NCBI GenBank assembly: GCA_964016885.1
Contig: OZ024740.1
Location: 267,840,001 to 267,904,000 of the forward strand
Reading direction: 5' to 3'
DNA length: 64,000 bases
Source of the DNA: Eledone cirrhosa
Lineage: Eukaryota
Positions 36,001 through 50,231 of this stretch are shown here, one piece after another (within the stretch, counting starts at the first letter, position 1; each line of letters begins with the position of its first letter). The translations under genes and the position numbers were made by a program. The notes under the pieces are model-generated. The model made no database searches. It was not told the DNA's origin and was given only the letters and a program-made list of their open reading frames with translations.

Positions 36001-39000
36001 CAACTAATACCACACAACAACAGAAGGAGACAACCACTAACACCACACAACAACAGAACTAGACAACCACTAATACCACACAACAACAGAAGGAGACAAC
36101 CACTAACACCACACAACAACAGAACGAGACAACCACTAATACCACACAACAACAGAAGGAGACAAACATATATACCACACAACAACAGAAGGAGACAACC
36201 ACTAACACCACACAACAGAAGGAGACAACCACTAATACCACACAACAACAGAACGAGACAACCACTAATACCACACAACAACAGAAGAAGACAACCACTA
36301 ACACCACATAACAACAGAACCAGACAAACACTAATACCACACAACAACAGAAGGAGACAAACACTAACACCACACAACAACAGAACGAGACAACCACTAA
36401 TACCACACAACAACAGAAGGAGACAACCACTAATACCACACAACAACAGAAGGAGACAACCACTAACACCACACAACAACAGAACGAGACAACCACTAAT
36501 ACCACACAACAACAGAACGGGACAACCATTAATACCACACAACAACAGAACGCGACAACCACTAATACCACACAACAACAGAACGAGACAACCACTAATA
36601 CCACACAACAACAGAAGGAGACAACCACTAATACCACACAACACAGAAGGAGACAACCACTAACACCACACAACAACAGAACGAGACAACCACTAATACC
36701 ACACAACAACAGAAGGAGACAACCACTAATACCACACAACAACAGAACGGGACAACCACTAATACCACACAACAACAGAACGAGACAACCACTAACACCA
36801 CACAACAACAGAAGGAGACAACCACTAATACCACACAACAACAGAACGAGACAACCACTAATACCACACAACAACAGAACGAGACAACCACTAATACCAC
36901 ACAACAACAGAACGAGACAACCACTAATGCCACACAACAACAGAAGGAGACAACCACTAATACCACACAACAACAGAACGAGACAACCACTAACACCACA
37001 CAACAACAGAACGAGACAACCACTAATATCACACAACAACAGAACGAGACAACCACTAATACCATACAACAACAGAACGAGACAACCACTAATATCACAC
37101 AACAACAGAACTAGACAACCACTAATACCACACAACAACAGAACGAGACAACCACTAATACCACACAACAACAGAACGAGACAACCACTCATACCACACA
37201 ACAACAGAAGGAGACAACCACTAACACCACACAACAACAGAACGAGACAACCACTAATACCACACAACAACACAAGGAGACAACCACTAATACCACACAA
37301 CAACAGAAGGAGACAACCACTAACACCACACAACAACAGAACGAGACAACCACTAATACCACACAACAACAGAAGGAGACAACCACTAATACCACACAAC
37401 AACAGAAGGAGACAACCACTAACACCACACAACAACAGAAGGAGACAACCACTAATACCACACAACAACAGAACGAGACACCACTAATACCACACAACAA
37501 CAGAAGGAGACAACCACTAATACCACACAACAACAGAACGGGACAACCACTAATACCACACAACAACAGAACGAGACAACCACTAATACCACACAACAAT
37601 AGAACGAGACAACCACTAATACCACACAACAACAGAACGAGACAACCACTAATACCACACCACAACAGAACGAGACAACGACTAATACCACACAACAACA
37701 GAAAGAGACAACCACTAACACCACACAACAACAGAACGAGACAACCACTAATACCACACAACAACAGAAGGAGACAACCACTAATACCACACAACAACAG
37801 AACGAGACAACCACTAATACCACACAACAACAGAACGAGACAACCACTAATACCACACAACAACAGAACAAGACAACCACTAATACCACACAACAACAGA
37901 AGGAGACAACCACTAATACCACACAACAATAGAACGACAAAATCACTAATACCACACAACAACAGAACGAGACAACCACTAATACCGCACAACAACAGAA
38001 GGAGACAACCACTAACACCACACAACAACAGAACGAGACAACCACTAATACCACACAACAACAGAAGGAGACAACCACTAATACCACACAACAACAGAAC
38101 AAGACAACCACTAATACCACACAACAACAGAAGGAGACAACCACTAATACCACACAACAATAGAACGACAAAACCACTAATACCACACAACAACAGAACG
38201 AGACAACCACTAATACCGCACAACAACAGAAGGAGACAACCACTAATACCAGACAACAACAGAACGGGACAAACATTAATACCACACAACAACAGAAGGA
38301 GACAACCACTAATACCACACAACAACAGAAGGAGACAACCTCTAATACCACACAACAACAGAAGGAGACAATCACTAATACCACACAACAACAGAACGAG
38401 ACAACAACTCATACCACACAACAACAGAACGACACAACCACTAATACCACACAACAGAACGAGACAACCACAAATACCACACAACAACAGAACGAGACAA
38501 CCACTAATACCACACAACAACAGAACGAGACAACCACAAATACCACACAACAACAGAACGAGACAACCACTAATACCACACAACAACAGAACGAGACAAC
38601 CACTAATACCACACAACAACAGAAGGAGACAACCACTAACACCACACAACAACAGAACGAGACAACCACTAAAACCACACAACAACAGAAGGAGACAACC
38701 ACTAATACCACACAACAACAGAAGGAGACAACCACTAATACCACACAACAACAGAAGGAGACAACCACTACTACCACACAACAACAGAACGAGACAACCA
38801 TTAATACCAGACAACAACAGAACGAGACAACCACTAATTCCACACAACAACAGAACGAGACAACCACTAATACCACACAACAACAGAACGAGACAACCAC
38901 TAATACCACACAACAATAGAACGTGACAACTACTAATACCACACAACAACAGAACGAGACAACCACCGACACCACACAACAATAGAACGGGACAACCACT

Positions 39001-42000
39001 AATACCACACAACAACAGAAAGAGACAACCACAAATACCACACAACAACAGAACGAGACAACCACTAATACCACACAACGACAGAACGACACAACCACTA
39101 ATACCACACAACAACAGAAGGAGACAACCACTAATACCACAAAACAACAGAACGAGACAACCACAAATACCACACAACAACAGAACGAGACAACCACTAA
39201 TACCACACAACAACAGAAGGAGACAACCACTAATACCACACAACAACAGAACGAGACAACCACAAATACCACACAACAACAGAACGAGACAACCACTAAT
39301 ACCACACGACAGAACGACACAACCACTAATACCACACAACGACAGAACCACACAACCACTAATACCACACAACAACAGAACGAGACAATCACTAATACCA
39401 CACAACGACAGAACGACACAACCACTAATACCACACAACGACAGAACGACACAACCACTAATACCACACAACAACAGAACGAGACAACCACTAATACCAC
39501 ACAACGACAGAACGACACAACCACTAATACCACACAACGACAGAACGACACAACCGCTAATACCACACAACAACAGAACGAGACAACCACAAATACCACA
39601 CAACAACATAACGAGACAACCACTAATACCACACAACAACAGAAGGAGACAACCACTAATACCACACAACAACAGAAGGAGACAACCACTAACACCACAC
39701 AACAACAGAACGAGACAACCACTAATACCACACAACAACAGAAGGAGACAACCACTAATACCACACAACAACAGAAGGAGACAACCACTAACACCACACA
39801 ACAACAGAAGGAGACAACCACTAATACCACACAACAACAGAACGAGACACCACTAATACCACACAACAACAGAAGGAGGCAACCACTAATACCACACAAC
39901 AACAGAACGGGACAACCACTAATACCACACAACAACAGAACGAGACAACCACTAATACCACACAACAATAGAACGAGACAACCACTAATACCACACAACA
40001 ACAGAACGAGACAACCACTAATACCACACCACAACAGAACGAGACAACGACTAATACCACACAACAACAGAAAGAGACAACCACTAACACCAGACAACAA
40101 CAGAACGAGACAACCACTAATACCACACAACAACAGAAGGAGACAACCACTAATACCACACAACAACAGAACGAGACAACCACTAATACCACACAACAAC
40201 AGAACGAGACAACCACTAATACCGCACAACAACAGAAGGAGACAACCACTAACACCACACAACAACAGAACGAGACAACCACTAATACCACACAACAACA
40301 GAAGGAGACAACCACTAATACCACACAACAGAACGAGACAACCACTAACACCACACAACAACAGAAGGAGACAACCACTAATACCACACAACAACAGAAC
40401 GAGACAACCACTAATACCACACAACAACAGAACGAGACAACCACTAATACCACAAAACAACAGAAGGAGACAACCACTAACACCACACAACAACAGAACG
40501 AGACAACCACTAATACCACACAACAACAGAACGAGACAACCACTAATACCACACAACAACAGAACAAGACAACCACTAATACCACACAACAGAACGAGAC
40601 AACCACTAACACCACACAACAACAGAAGGAGACAACCACTAATACCACACAACAACAGAACGAGACAACCACTAATACCACACAACAACAGAACGAGACA
40701 ACCACTAATACCACACAACAACAGAAGGAGACAACCACTAACACCACACAACAACAGAACGAGACAACCACTAATACCACACAACAACAGAACGAGACAA
40801 CCACTAATACCACACAACAACAGAACAAGACAACCACTAATACCACACAACAACAGAAGGAGACAACCACTAATACCACACAACAATAGAACGACAAAAC
40901 CACTAATACCACACAACAACAGAAGGAGACAACCACTAATACCGCACAACAACAGAAGGAGACAACCACTAACACCACACAACAACAGAACGAGACAACC
41001 ACTAACACCACACAACAACAGAAGGAGACAACCACTAATACCACACAACAACAGAACGAGACAACCACTAATACCACACAACAACAGAACGAGACAACCA
41101 CTAATACCACACAACAACAGAAGGAGACAACCACTAACACCACACAACAACAGAACGAGACAACCACTAATACCAGACAACAACAGAACGGGACAAACAT
41201 TAATACCACACAACAACAGAAGGAGACAACCACTAATACCACACAACAACAGAAGGAGACAACCTCTAATACCACACAACAACAGAAGGAGACAATCACT
41301 AATACCACACAACAACAGAACGAGACAACAACTCATACCACACAACAACAGAACGACACAACCACTAATACCACACAACAGAACGAGACAACCACAAATA
41401 CCACACAACAACAGAACGAGACAACCACTAATACCACACAACAACAGAACGAGACAACCACAAATACCACACAACAACAGAACGAGACAACCACTAATAC
41501 CACACAACAACAGAACGAGAAAACCACTAATACCACACAACAACAGAAGGAGACAACCACTAACACCACACAACAACAGAACGAGACAACCACTAAAACC
41601 ACACAACAACAGAAGGAGACAACCACTAATACCACACAACAACAGAAGGAGACAACCACTAATACCACACAACAACAGAAGGAGAAAACCACTAATACCA
41701 CACAACAACAGAACGAGACAACCATTAATACCAGACAACAACAGAACGAGATAACCACTAATACCACACAACAATAGAACGTGACAACTACTAATACCAC
41801 ACAACAACAGAACGAGACAACCACCGACACCACACAACAATAGAACGGGACAACCACTAATACCACACAACAACAGAACGAGACAACCACAAATACCACA
41901 CAACAACAGAACGAGACAACCACTAATACCACACAACGACAGAACGACACAACCACTAATACCACACAACAACAGAAGGAGACAACCACTAATACCACAA

Positions 42001-45000
42001 AACAACAGAACGAGACAACCACAAATACCACACAACAACAGAACGAGACAACCACTAATACCACACAACAACAGAACGAGACAATCACTAATACCACACA
42101 ACGACAGAACGACACAACCACTAATACCACACAACGACAGAACGACACAACCACTAATACCACACAACAACAGAACGAGACAACCACTAATACCACACAA
42201 CGACAGAACGACACAACCACTAATACCACACAACAACAGAACGAGACAACCACTAATACCACACGACAGAACGACACAACCACTAATACCACACAACGAC
42301 AGAACCACACAACCACTAATACCACACAACAACAGAACGAGACAATCACAAATACCACACAACAACAGAACGAGACAACCACTAATACCACACAACGACA
42401 GAACGACACAACCACAAATACCACACAACAACAGAACGAGACAATCACTAATACCACACAACGACAGAACGACACAACCACTAATACCACACAACGACAG
42501 AACGACACAACCACTAATACCACACAACGACAGAACGACACAACCACTAATACCACACAACGACAGAACGACACAACCGCTAATACCACACAACAACAGA
42601 ACGAGACAACCACAAATACCACACAACAACATAACGAGACAACCACTAATACCACACAACAACAGAAGGAGACAACCACTAATACCACACAACAACAGAA
42701 GGAGACAACCACTAACACCACACAACAACAGAACGAGACAACCACTAATACCACACAACAACAGAAGGAGACAACCACTAATACCACACAACAACAGAAG
42801 GAGACAACCACTAACACCACACAACAACAGAAGGAGACAACCACTAATACCACACAACAACAGAACGAGACACCACTAATACCACACAACAACAGAAGGA
42901 GGCAACCACTAATACCACACAACAACAGAACGGGACAACCACTAATACCACACAACAACAGAACGAGACAACCACTAATACCACACAACAACAGAACGAG
43001 ACAACCACTAATACCACACAACAACAGAACGAGACAACCACTAATACCGCACAACAACAGAAGGAGACAACCACTAACACCACACAACAACAGAACGAGA
43101 CAACCACTAATACCACACAACAACAGAACGAGACAACCACTAATACCACACAACAACAGAACGAGACAACCACTAATACCACACAACAACAGAAGGAGAC
43201 AACCACTAACACCACACAACAACAGAACGAGACAACCACTAATACCACACAACAACAGAACGAGACAACCACTAATACCACACAACAACAGAACAAGACA
43301 ACCACTAATACCACACAACAACAGAAGGAGACAACCACTAATACCACACAACAATAGAACGACAAAACCACTAATACCACACAACAACAGAACGAGACAA
43401 CCACTAATACCACACAACAACAGAAGGAGACAACCACTAATACCACACAACAACAGAAGGATACAACCACTAATACCACACAACAACAGAAGTAGACAAC
43501 CACTAATACCACACAACAACAGAACGAGACAACCACTAATACCACACAACGACAGAACGAGACAACCACTAATACCACACAACAACAGAACGAGACAACC
43601 ACAAATACCACACAACAACAGAACGAGACAACCGCTAATACCACACAACAACAGAACGAGACAACCACAAATACCACACAACAACATAACGAGACAACCA
43701 CTAATACCACACAACAACAGAACGAGACAACCACTAATACCACACAACGACAGAACGAGACAACCACTAATACCACACAACAACAGAACGAGACAACCAC
43801 AAATACCACACAGCAACAGAACGAGACAACCACTAATACCACACAACGACAGAATGAGACAACCACTAATACCACACAACAACAGAACGAGACAACCACT
43901 AATACCACACAACAACAGAACGAGACAACCACTAATACCACACAACAACATAAGGAGACAACCACTAACACCACACAACAACAGAACGAGACAACCACTA
44001 ATACCACACAACAACAGAAGGAGACAACCACTAATACCACACAACAACAGAACGAGACAACCACTAATACCACACAACAACAGAAGGAGACAACCACTAA
44101 TACCACACAACAACAGAAGGAGACAACCACTAATACCACACAACAACAGAAGGAGACAACCACTAATACCACACAACAACAGAACGAGACAACCACTAAT
44201 ACCACACAACAATAGAACGTGACAACTACTAATACCACACAACAGCAGAACAAGACAACCACCGACACCACACAACAATAGAACGGGACAACCACTAATA
44301 CCACACAACAACAGAACGAGACAACCACAAATACCACACAACAACAGAACGAGACAACTACTAATACCACACAACGACAGAACGACACAACCACTAATAC
44401 CACACAACAACAGAAGGAGACAACCACTAATACCACAAAAAAACAGAACGAGACAACCACAAATACCACACAACAACAGAACGAGACAACCACTAATACC
44501 ACACAACAACAGAAGGAGACAACCACTAATACCACACAACAACAGAACGAGACAACCACAAATACCACACAACAACAGAACGAGACAACCACTAATACCA
44601 CACGACAGAACGACACAACCACTAATACCACACAACGACAGAACGACACAACCACTAATACCACACAACAACAGAACGAGACAATCACAAATACCACACA
44701 ACAACAGAACGAGACAACCACTAATACCACACAACGACAGAACGACACAACCACAAATACCACACAACAACAGAACGAGACAATCACTAATACCACACAA
44801 CGACAGAACGACACAACCACTAATACCACACAACGACAGAACGACACAACCACTAATACCACACAACAACAGAACGAGACAACCACTAATACCACACAAC
44901 GACAGAACGACACAACCACTAATACCACACAACGACAGAACGACACAACCGCTAATACCACACAACAACAGAACGAGACAACCACAAATACCACACAACA

Positions 45001-48000
45001 ACATAACGAGACAACCACTAATACCACACAACGACAGAACGACACAACCACTAATACCACACAACAACAGAAGGAATCTACCACTAATACCACACAACAA
45101 CAGAACGAGACAACCACTAATACCACACAACAATAGAACGTGACAACTACTAATACCACACAACAGCAGAACGAGACAACCACCGACACCACACAACAAT
45201 AGAACGGGACAACCACTAATACCACACAACAACAGAACGAGACAACCACAAATACCACACAACAACAGAACGAGACAACCACTAATACCACACAACGACA
45301 GAACGACACAACCACTAATACCACACAACAACAGAAGGAGACAACCACTAATACCACAAAACAACAGAACGAGACAACCACTAATACCACACAACAACAG
45401 AACGAGAGAACCACTAATACCACACAACAACAGAAGGAGACAACCACTAATACCACACAACAACAGAACGAGACAACCACAAATACCACACAACAACAGA
45501 ACGAGACAACCACTAATACCACACGACAGAACGACACAACCACTAATACCACACAACGACAGAACGACACAACCACTAATACCACCCAACAACAGAACGA
45601 GACAATCACAAATACCACACAACAACAGAACGAGACAACCACTAATACCACACAACGACAGAACGACACAACCATAAATACCACACAACAACAGAACGAG
45701 ACAATCACTAATACCATACAACGACAGAACGACACAACCACTAATACCACACAACGACAGAACGACACAACCACTAATACCACACAACAACAGAACGAGA
45801 CAACCACTAATACCACACAACGACAGAACGACACAACCACTAATACCACACAACGACAGAACGACACAACCGCTAATACCACACAACAACAGAACGAGAC
45901 AACCACTAATACCACACAACAACAGAAGGAGACAACCACTAATACCACACAACAACAGAACGAGACAACCACTAATACCACACAACAACAGAACGAGACA
46001 ACCACAAATACCACACAACAACATAACGAGACAACCACTAATACCACACAACGACAGAACGACACAACCACTAATACCACACAACAACAGAAGGAGACAA
46101 CCACTAATACCACACAACAACAGAACGAGACAACCACTAATACCACACAACGACAGAACGACACAACCACTAATACCACACAACAACAGAAGGAGACAAC
46201 CACTAATACCACACAACAACAGAAGGATACAACCACTAATACCACACAACAACAGAAGTAGACAACCACTAATACCACACAACAACAGAAGGAGACAACC
46301 ACTAATACCACACAACAACAGAACGAGACAACCACTAATACCACACAACGACAGAACGAGACAACCACTAATACCACACAACAACAGAACGAGACAACCA
46401 CAAATACCACACAACAACAGAACGAGACAACCGCTAATACCACACAACAACAGAACGAGACAACCACAAATACCACACAACAACATAACGAGACAACCAC
46501 TAATACCACACAACAACAGAACGAGACAACCACTAATACCACACAACGACAGAACGAGACAACCACTAATACCACACAACAACAGAACGAGACAACCACA
46601 AATACCACACAACAACAGAACGAGACAACCACTAATACCACACAACGACAGAACGAGACAACCACTAATACCACACAACAACAGAACGAGACAACCACTA
46701 ATACCACACAACAACAGAACGAGACAACCACTAATACCACACAACAACATAAGGAGACAACCACTAACACCACACAACAACAGAACGAGACAACCACTAA
46801 TACCACACAACAACAGAAGGAGACAACCACTAATACCACACAACAACAGAACGAGACAACCACTAATACCACACAACAACAGAAGGAGACAACCACTAAT
46901 ACCACACAACAACAGAAGGAGACAACCACTAATACCACACAACAACAGAAGGAGACAACCACTAATACCACACAACAACAGAACGAGACAACCACTAATA
47001 CCACACAACAATAGAACGTGACAACTACTAATACCACACAACAGCAGAACGAGACAACCACCGACACCACACAACAATAGAACGGGACAACCACTAATAC
47101 CACACAACAACAGAACGAGACAACCACAAATACCACACAACAACAGAACGAGACAACCACTAATACCACACAACGACAGAACGACACAACCACTAATACC
47201 ACACAACAACAGAAGGAGACAACCACTAATACCACAAAACAACAGAACGAGACAACCACAAATACCACACAACAACAGAACGAGACAACCACTAATACCA
47301 CACAACAACAGAAGGAGACAACCACTAATACCACACAACAACAGAACGAGACAACCACAAATACCACACAACAACAGAACGAGACAACCACTAATACCAC
47401 ACGACAGAACGACACAACCACTAATACCACACAACGACAAAACGACACAACCACTAATACCACACAACAACAGAACGAGACAATCACAAATACCACACAA
47501 CAACAGAACGAGACAACCACTAATACCACACAACGACAGAACGACACAACCACAAATACCACACAACAACAGAACGAGACAATCACTAATACCACACAAC
47601 GACAGAACGACACAACCACTAATACCACACAACGACAGAACGACACAACCACTAATACCACACAACAACAGAACGAGACAACCACTAATACCACACAACG
47701 ACAGAACGACACAACCACTAATACCACACAACGACAGAACGACACAACCGCTAATACCACACAACAACAGAACGAGACAACCACAAATACCACACAACAA
47801 CATAACGAGACAACCACTAATACCACACAACGACAGAACGACACAACCACTAATACCACACAACAACAGAAGGAGACAACCACTAATACCACACAACAAC
47901 AGAACGAGACAACCACTAATACCACACAACGACAGAACGACACAACCACTAATACCACACAACAACAGAAGGAGACAACCACTAATACCACACAACAACA

Positions 48001-48487
48001 GAAGGATACAACCACTAATACCACACAACAACAGAAGGAGACAACCACTAATACCACACAACAACAGAAGGAGACAACCACTAATACCACACAACAACAG
48101 AACGAGACAACCACTAATACCACACAACGACAGAACGAGACAACCACTAATACCACACAACAACAGAACGAGACAACCACAAATACCACACAACAGAACG
48201 AGACAACCACTAATACCACACAACGACAGAACGAGACAACCACTAATACCACACAACAACAGAACGACACAACCACTAATACCACACAACGACAGAACGA
48301 GACAACCACTAATACCACACAACAACAGAACGAGACAACCACTAATACCACAAAACAACAGAACGACACAACCACTAATACCACACAACGACAGAACGAG
48401 ACAACCACTAACGCCACACAACAACAGAACGGGACAACTACTAACACCACACAACAACTGAACGAGACAACCACAAATACCACACAA
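1..48487. repeat. Giant 33-bp tandem repeat array (minisatellite/satellite), ~1,470 units, truncated by the left window edge
   Basis: Consensus AACGAGACAACCACTAATACCACACAACAACAG repeats without interruption; + strand unit composition A17 C11 G3 T2. Common variants are AAG/AAC, AAT/AAC, 30-bp units lacking one CAA, and occasional 32- and 34-bp units. Confidence 0.98.
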
Positions 48488-48560
48488 CCTCTAACACCCT
48501 CCCACCACCATCACCACAACAGAACCACACAACCGCCAACATCATACAATAACAGAACCT
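48488..48560. repeat. Degenerate terminal units of the 33-bp array (array/unique junction)
   Basis: CAACAGAACCACACAACCGCCAACATCATACAATAACAGAACC aligns to the unit with many substitutions. Confidence 0.8.
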
Positions 48561-48624
48561 AGTTGAATTCCCCTGTAAGGTAGATTTTTTCGACAGCTCC
48601 AACTGAAACCAATACCTGGCTGCT

Positions 48625-48665
48625 GTTACATTTTTTTTCGACCCTGGAAGAACGAAAAGCAACAT
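48625..48665 (-). mobile_element. Short degenerate fragment of tRNA-derived SINE family B
   Basis: TTTTTTCGACCCTGGAAGAACGAAAAGCAA resembles TTTTATCGACCCCGTAAGGATGAAAGGCAA at ~58005. Confidence 0.45.
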
Positions 48666-48854
48666 GAATCAAACCCTTGTAGGACATATGATAATGTGTA
48701 GGAGGAGGGGGAAGTTATCCTTAGACCAGAGACCTGCCCCGATGGATTACATCGGCGTGGACTCCACTAAAGACACTCAAAGGCCAGCTGGTGATAATAA
48801 GCAAGCAGATGGATTATATCTACCGGAAAAGAATAAACACAATCTGTCCGAAAA

Positions 48855-49012
48855 CGTCAACACAGTTTTCTGTCATCCCAATTTAACTCGCAAGGAATGG
48901 ACCGACTCGAGGCTACTGTAGAAGATACTTGCAAAATTTGGAATTCGTTGGGAACGAACCTGAAACTACATGATTGCTAATCGAACCTCTAAACACGAGG
49001 CCAAGCCTGCAT
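48855..49012 (-). mobile_element. Degenerate SINE family A copy (5' part)
   Basis: Reverse complement resembles 58950-59040 (GTCTTCAACTGTAGCTTCAGG...CCTTGTGAG vs rc of CTCGCAAGG...GAGGCTACTGTAGAAGAT); matches my recollection of a common octopus SINE. Confidence 0.55.
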
Positions 49013-49659
49013 CTTGAGAGAAATGTCTCAGAAATTATTCACACAATAGGCCTGCCCCAACTAAATTTCTCAACATTACCTTAATAAAGTAGAGGCGATA
49101 TGAATAAAACATTAATGGCTTAACTTGAAATGACGTCTGATTTTGACAGGAGTCGTATATTTTATTTAACATGATATATAATATATACATCTAGTTATCT
49201 ATTAAATTGCACGGATAATCAGTCAATTTTATTGGTGCTATCAATATAATCAAACCAATAAGAGAGTCTCAACGTGGTCATGTTACCTGCTAAAAATAAC
49301 AGTGAAATCATTCTCGGAATAAAAAGAAACATTGATACATTATGTTTGAAAACTAAAGACGAGAAGATTATAGCTGCAACATCTTTAATCATATGCCTAT
49401 TCAATCAAAGGTGAAACTAGGGTTAAAAAGCAACAGCTACAACATTATGTTGTTTAAAGATTTCAGTACATAAACTAAACGTCTAAGCGATATATTGGCA
49501 GAACCAGCGGAGTGATGACCAAATGCCTTACTTCCGTTTGTAATAAAACTCACTGTGACATATTGTGTAATGTGACCCAAGATACACTTCTTATGTTACA
49601 GGGTTTTAATCATTAGACTTTGACAATGATGGAGCTGTATTTAAGGGTATATTATGAGT

Positions 49660-49785
49660 ACTTCATTGATATTTTTACTTTGTAAATCTCATAAGTAGGA
49701 AAGTAAAAGTCGACTTTGTCGGGAACTAAACTTATAATGTAAAGGAACATACCCAAATGCCACAAGACACTCTCACTATTCAGTT
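49660..49785 (-). mobile_element. Highly degenerate SINE family B copy
   Basis: AAAGTAAAAGTCGACTTTGTCGGGAACTAAACTTATAATGTAAAG aligns loosely with AAAGGCAAAGTTAACCTCGACGGGATTTGAACTCAGACCGTAAAG at ~63445. Confidence 0.45.
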
Positions 49786-50135
49786 CGAAAAAAATACATG
49801 ATGGTTACGTTTTTAATAAGTATTCTCAATCAATACTGACTTGAAGATAAAAAAAATAACTAAAGTCATGGCCTTTATAAAAAAAAATAATATGGCCTCG
49901 AAACTTTAGAATTCTCTTCTCATAGTAGAGAAAGTTTATGTTTAATTCCAAGCTCATACTGACCCTATGGAGAGGAGATGGGCTCTGCAAGGTTTAAAGA
50001 AATGCCTTAAAAACGCCATATATCAATACGGTGCTCCTACGCCTGCCCCAGGAGTTAAGGAACCATAGATACATACATACATGATGGCTGCCCCCTCGTT
50101 ATCGAGTATGGCCATTGCACGAGAAAAAAAAACCA

Positions 50136-50222
50136 TAATAATAATAATAATAATGATAACAACAACAATAATAATACGACAACAACAATAACAATAACAA
50201 TAATAATATACACATACACACA
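50136..50222. repeat. Compound (AAT/AAC)n and (AC)n microsatellite inside the LINE 3'UTR
   Basis: ATAATAATAATA...ACAACAACAATAACAATAAC...ACACATACACACAC. Confidence 0.85.
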
Positions 50223-50231
50223 CGATAGCAA

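Noticed and set aside
12980-37120. AAC-TAG and AAC-TGG variants as a sign of A-to-I stop-codon recoding
   Set aside because: Each is explained by one G>T change from GAG or GGG variants, and editing could not fix the TAA stops or frameshifts.
15040-44222. + strand (RQPLIPHNNRT)n ORFs
   Set aside because: This is an alternative open frame of the same repeat; the ATGs come from sporadic point variants copied with the HORs.
1556-48487. Very long - strand ORFs (LLLCGISGCLV)n and (CCCVVLVVVSF)n, up to 2,384 aa
   Set aside because: The - strand is A-poor, so stops are rare. Four of six frames are open by composition alone, starts are mostly GTG/TTG, and ORFs switch between frames at indels.
1-48487. 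CRISPR array or coded information cassette
   Set aside because: There are no unique spacers, only point variants of one monomer, no cas genes, and the context is eukaryotic.
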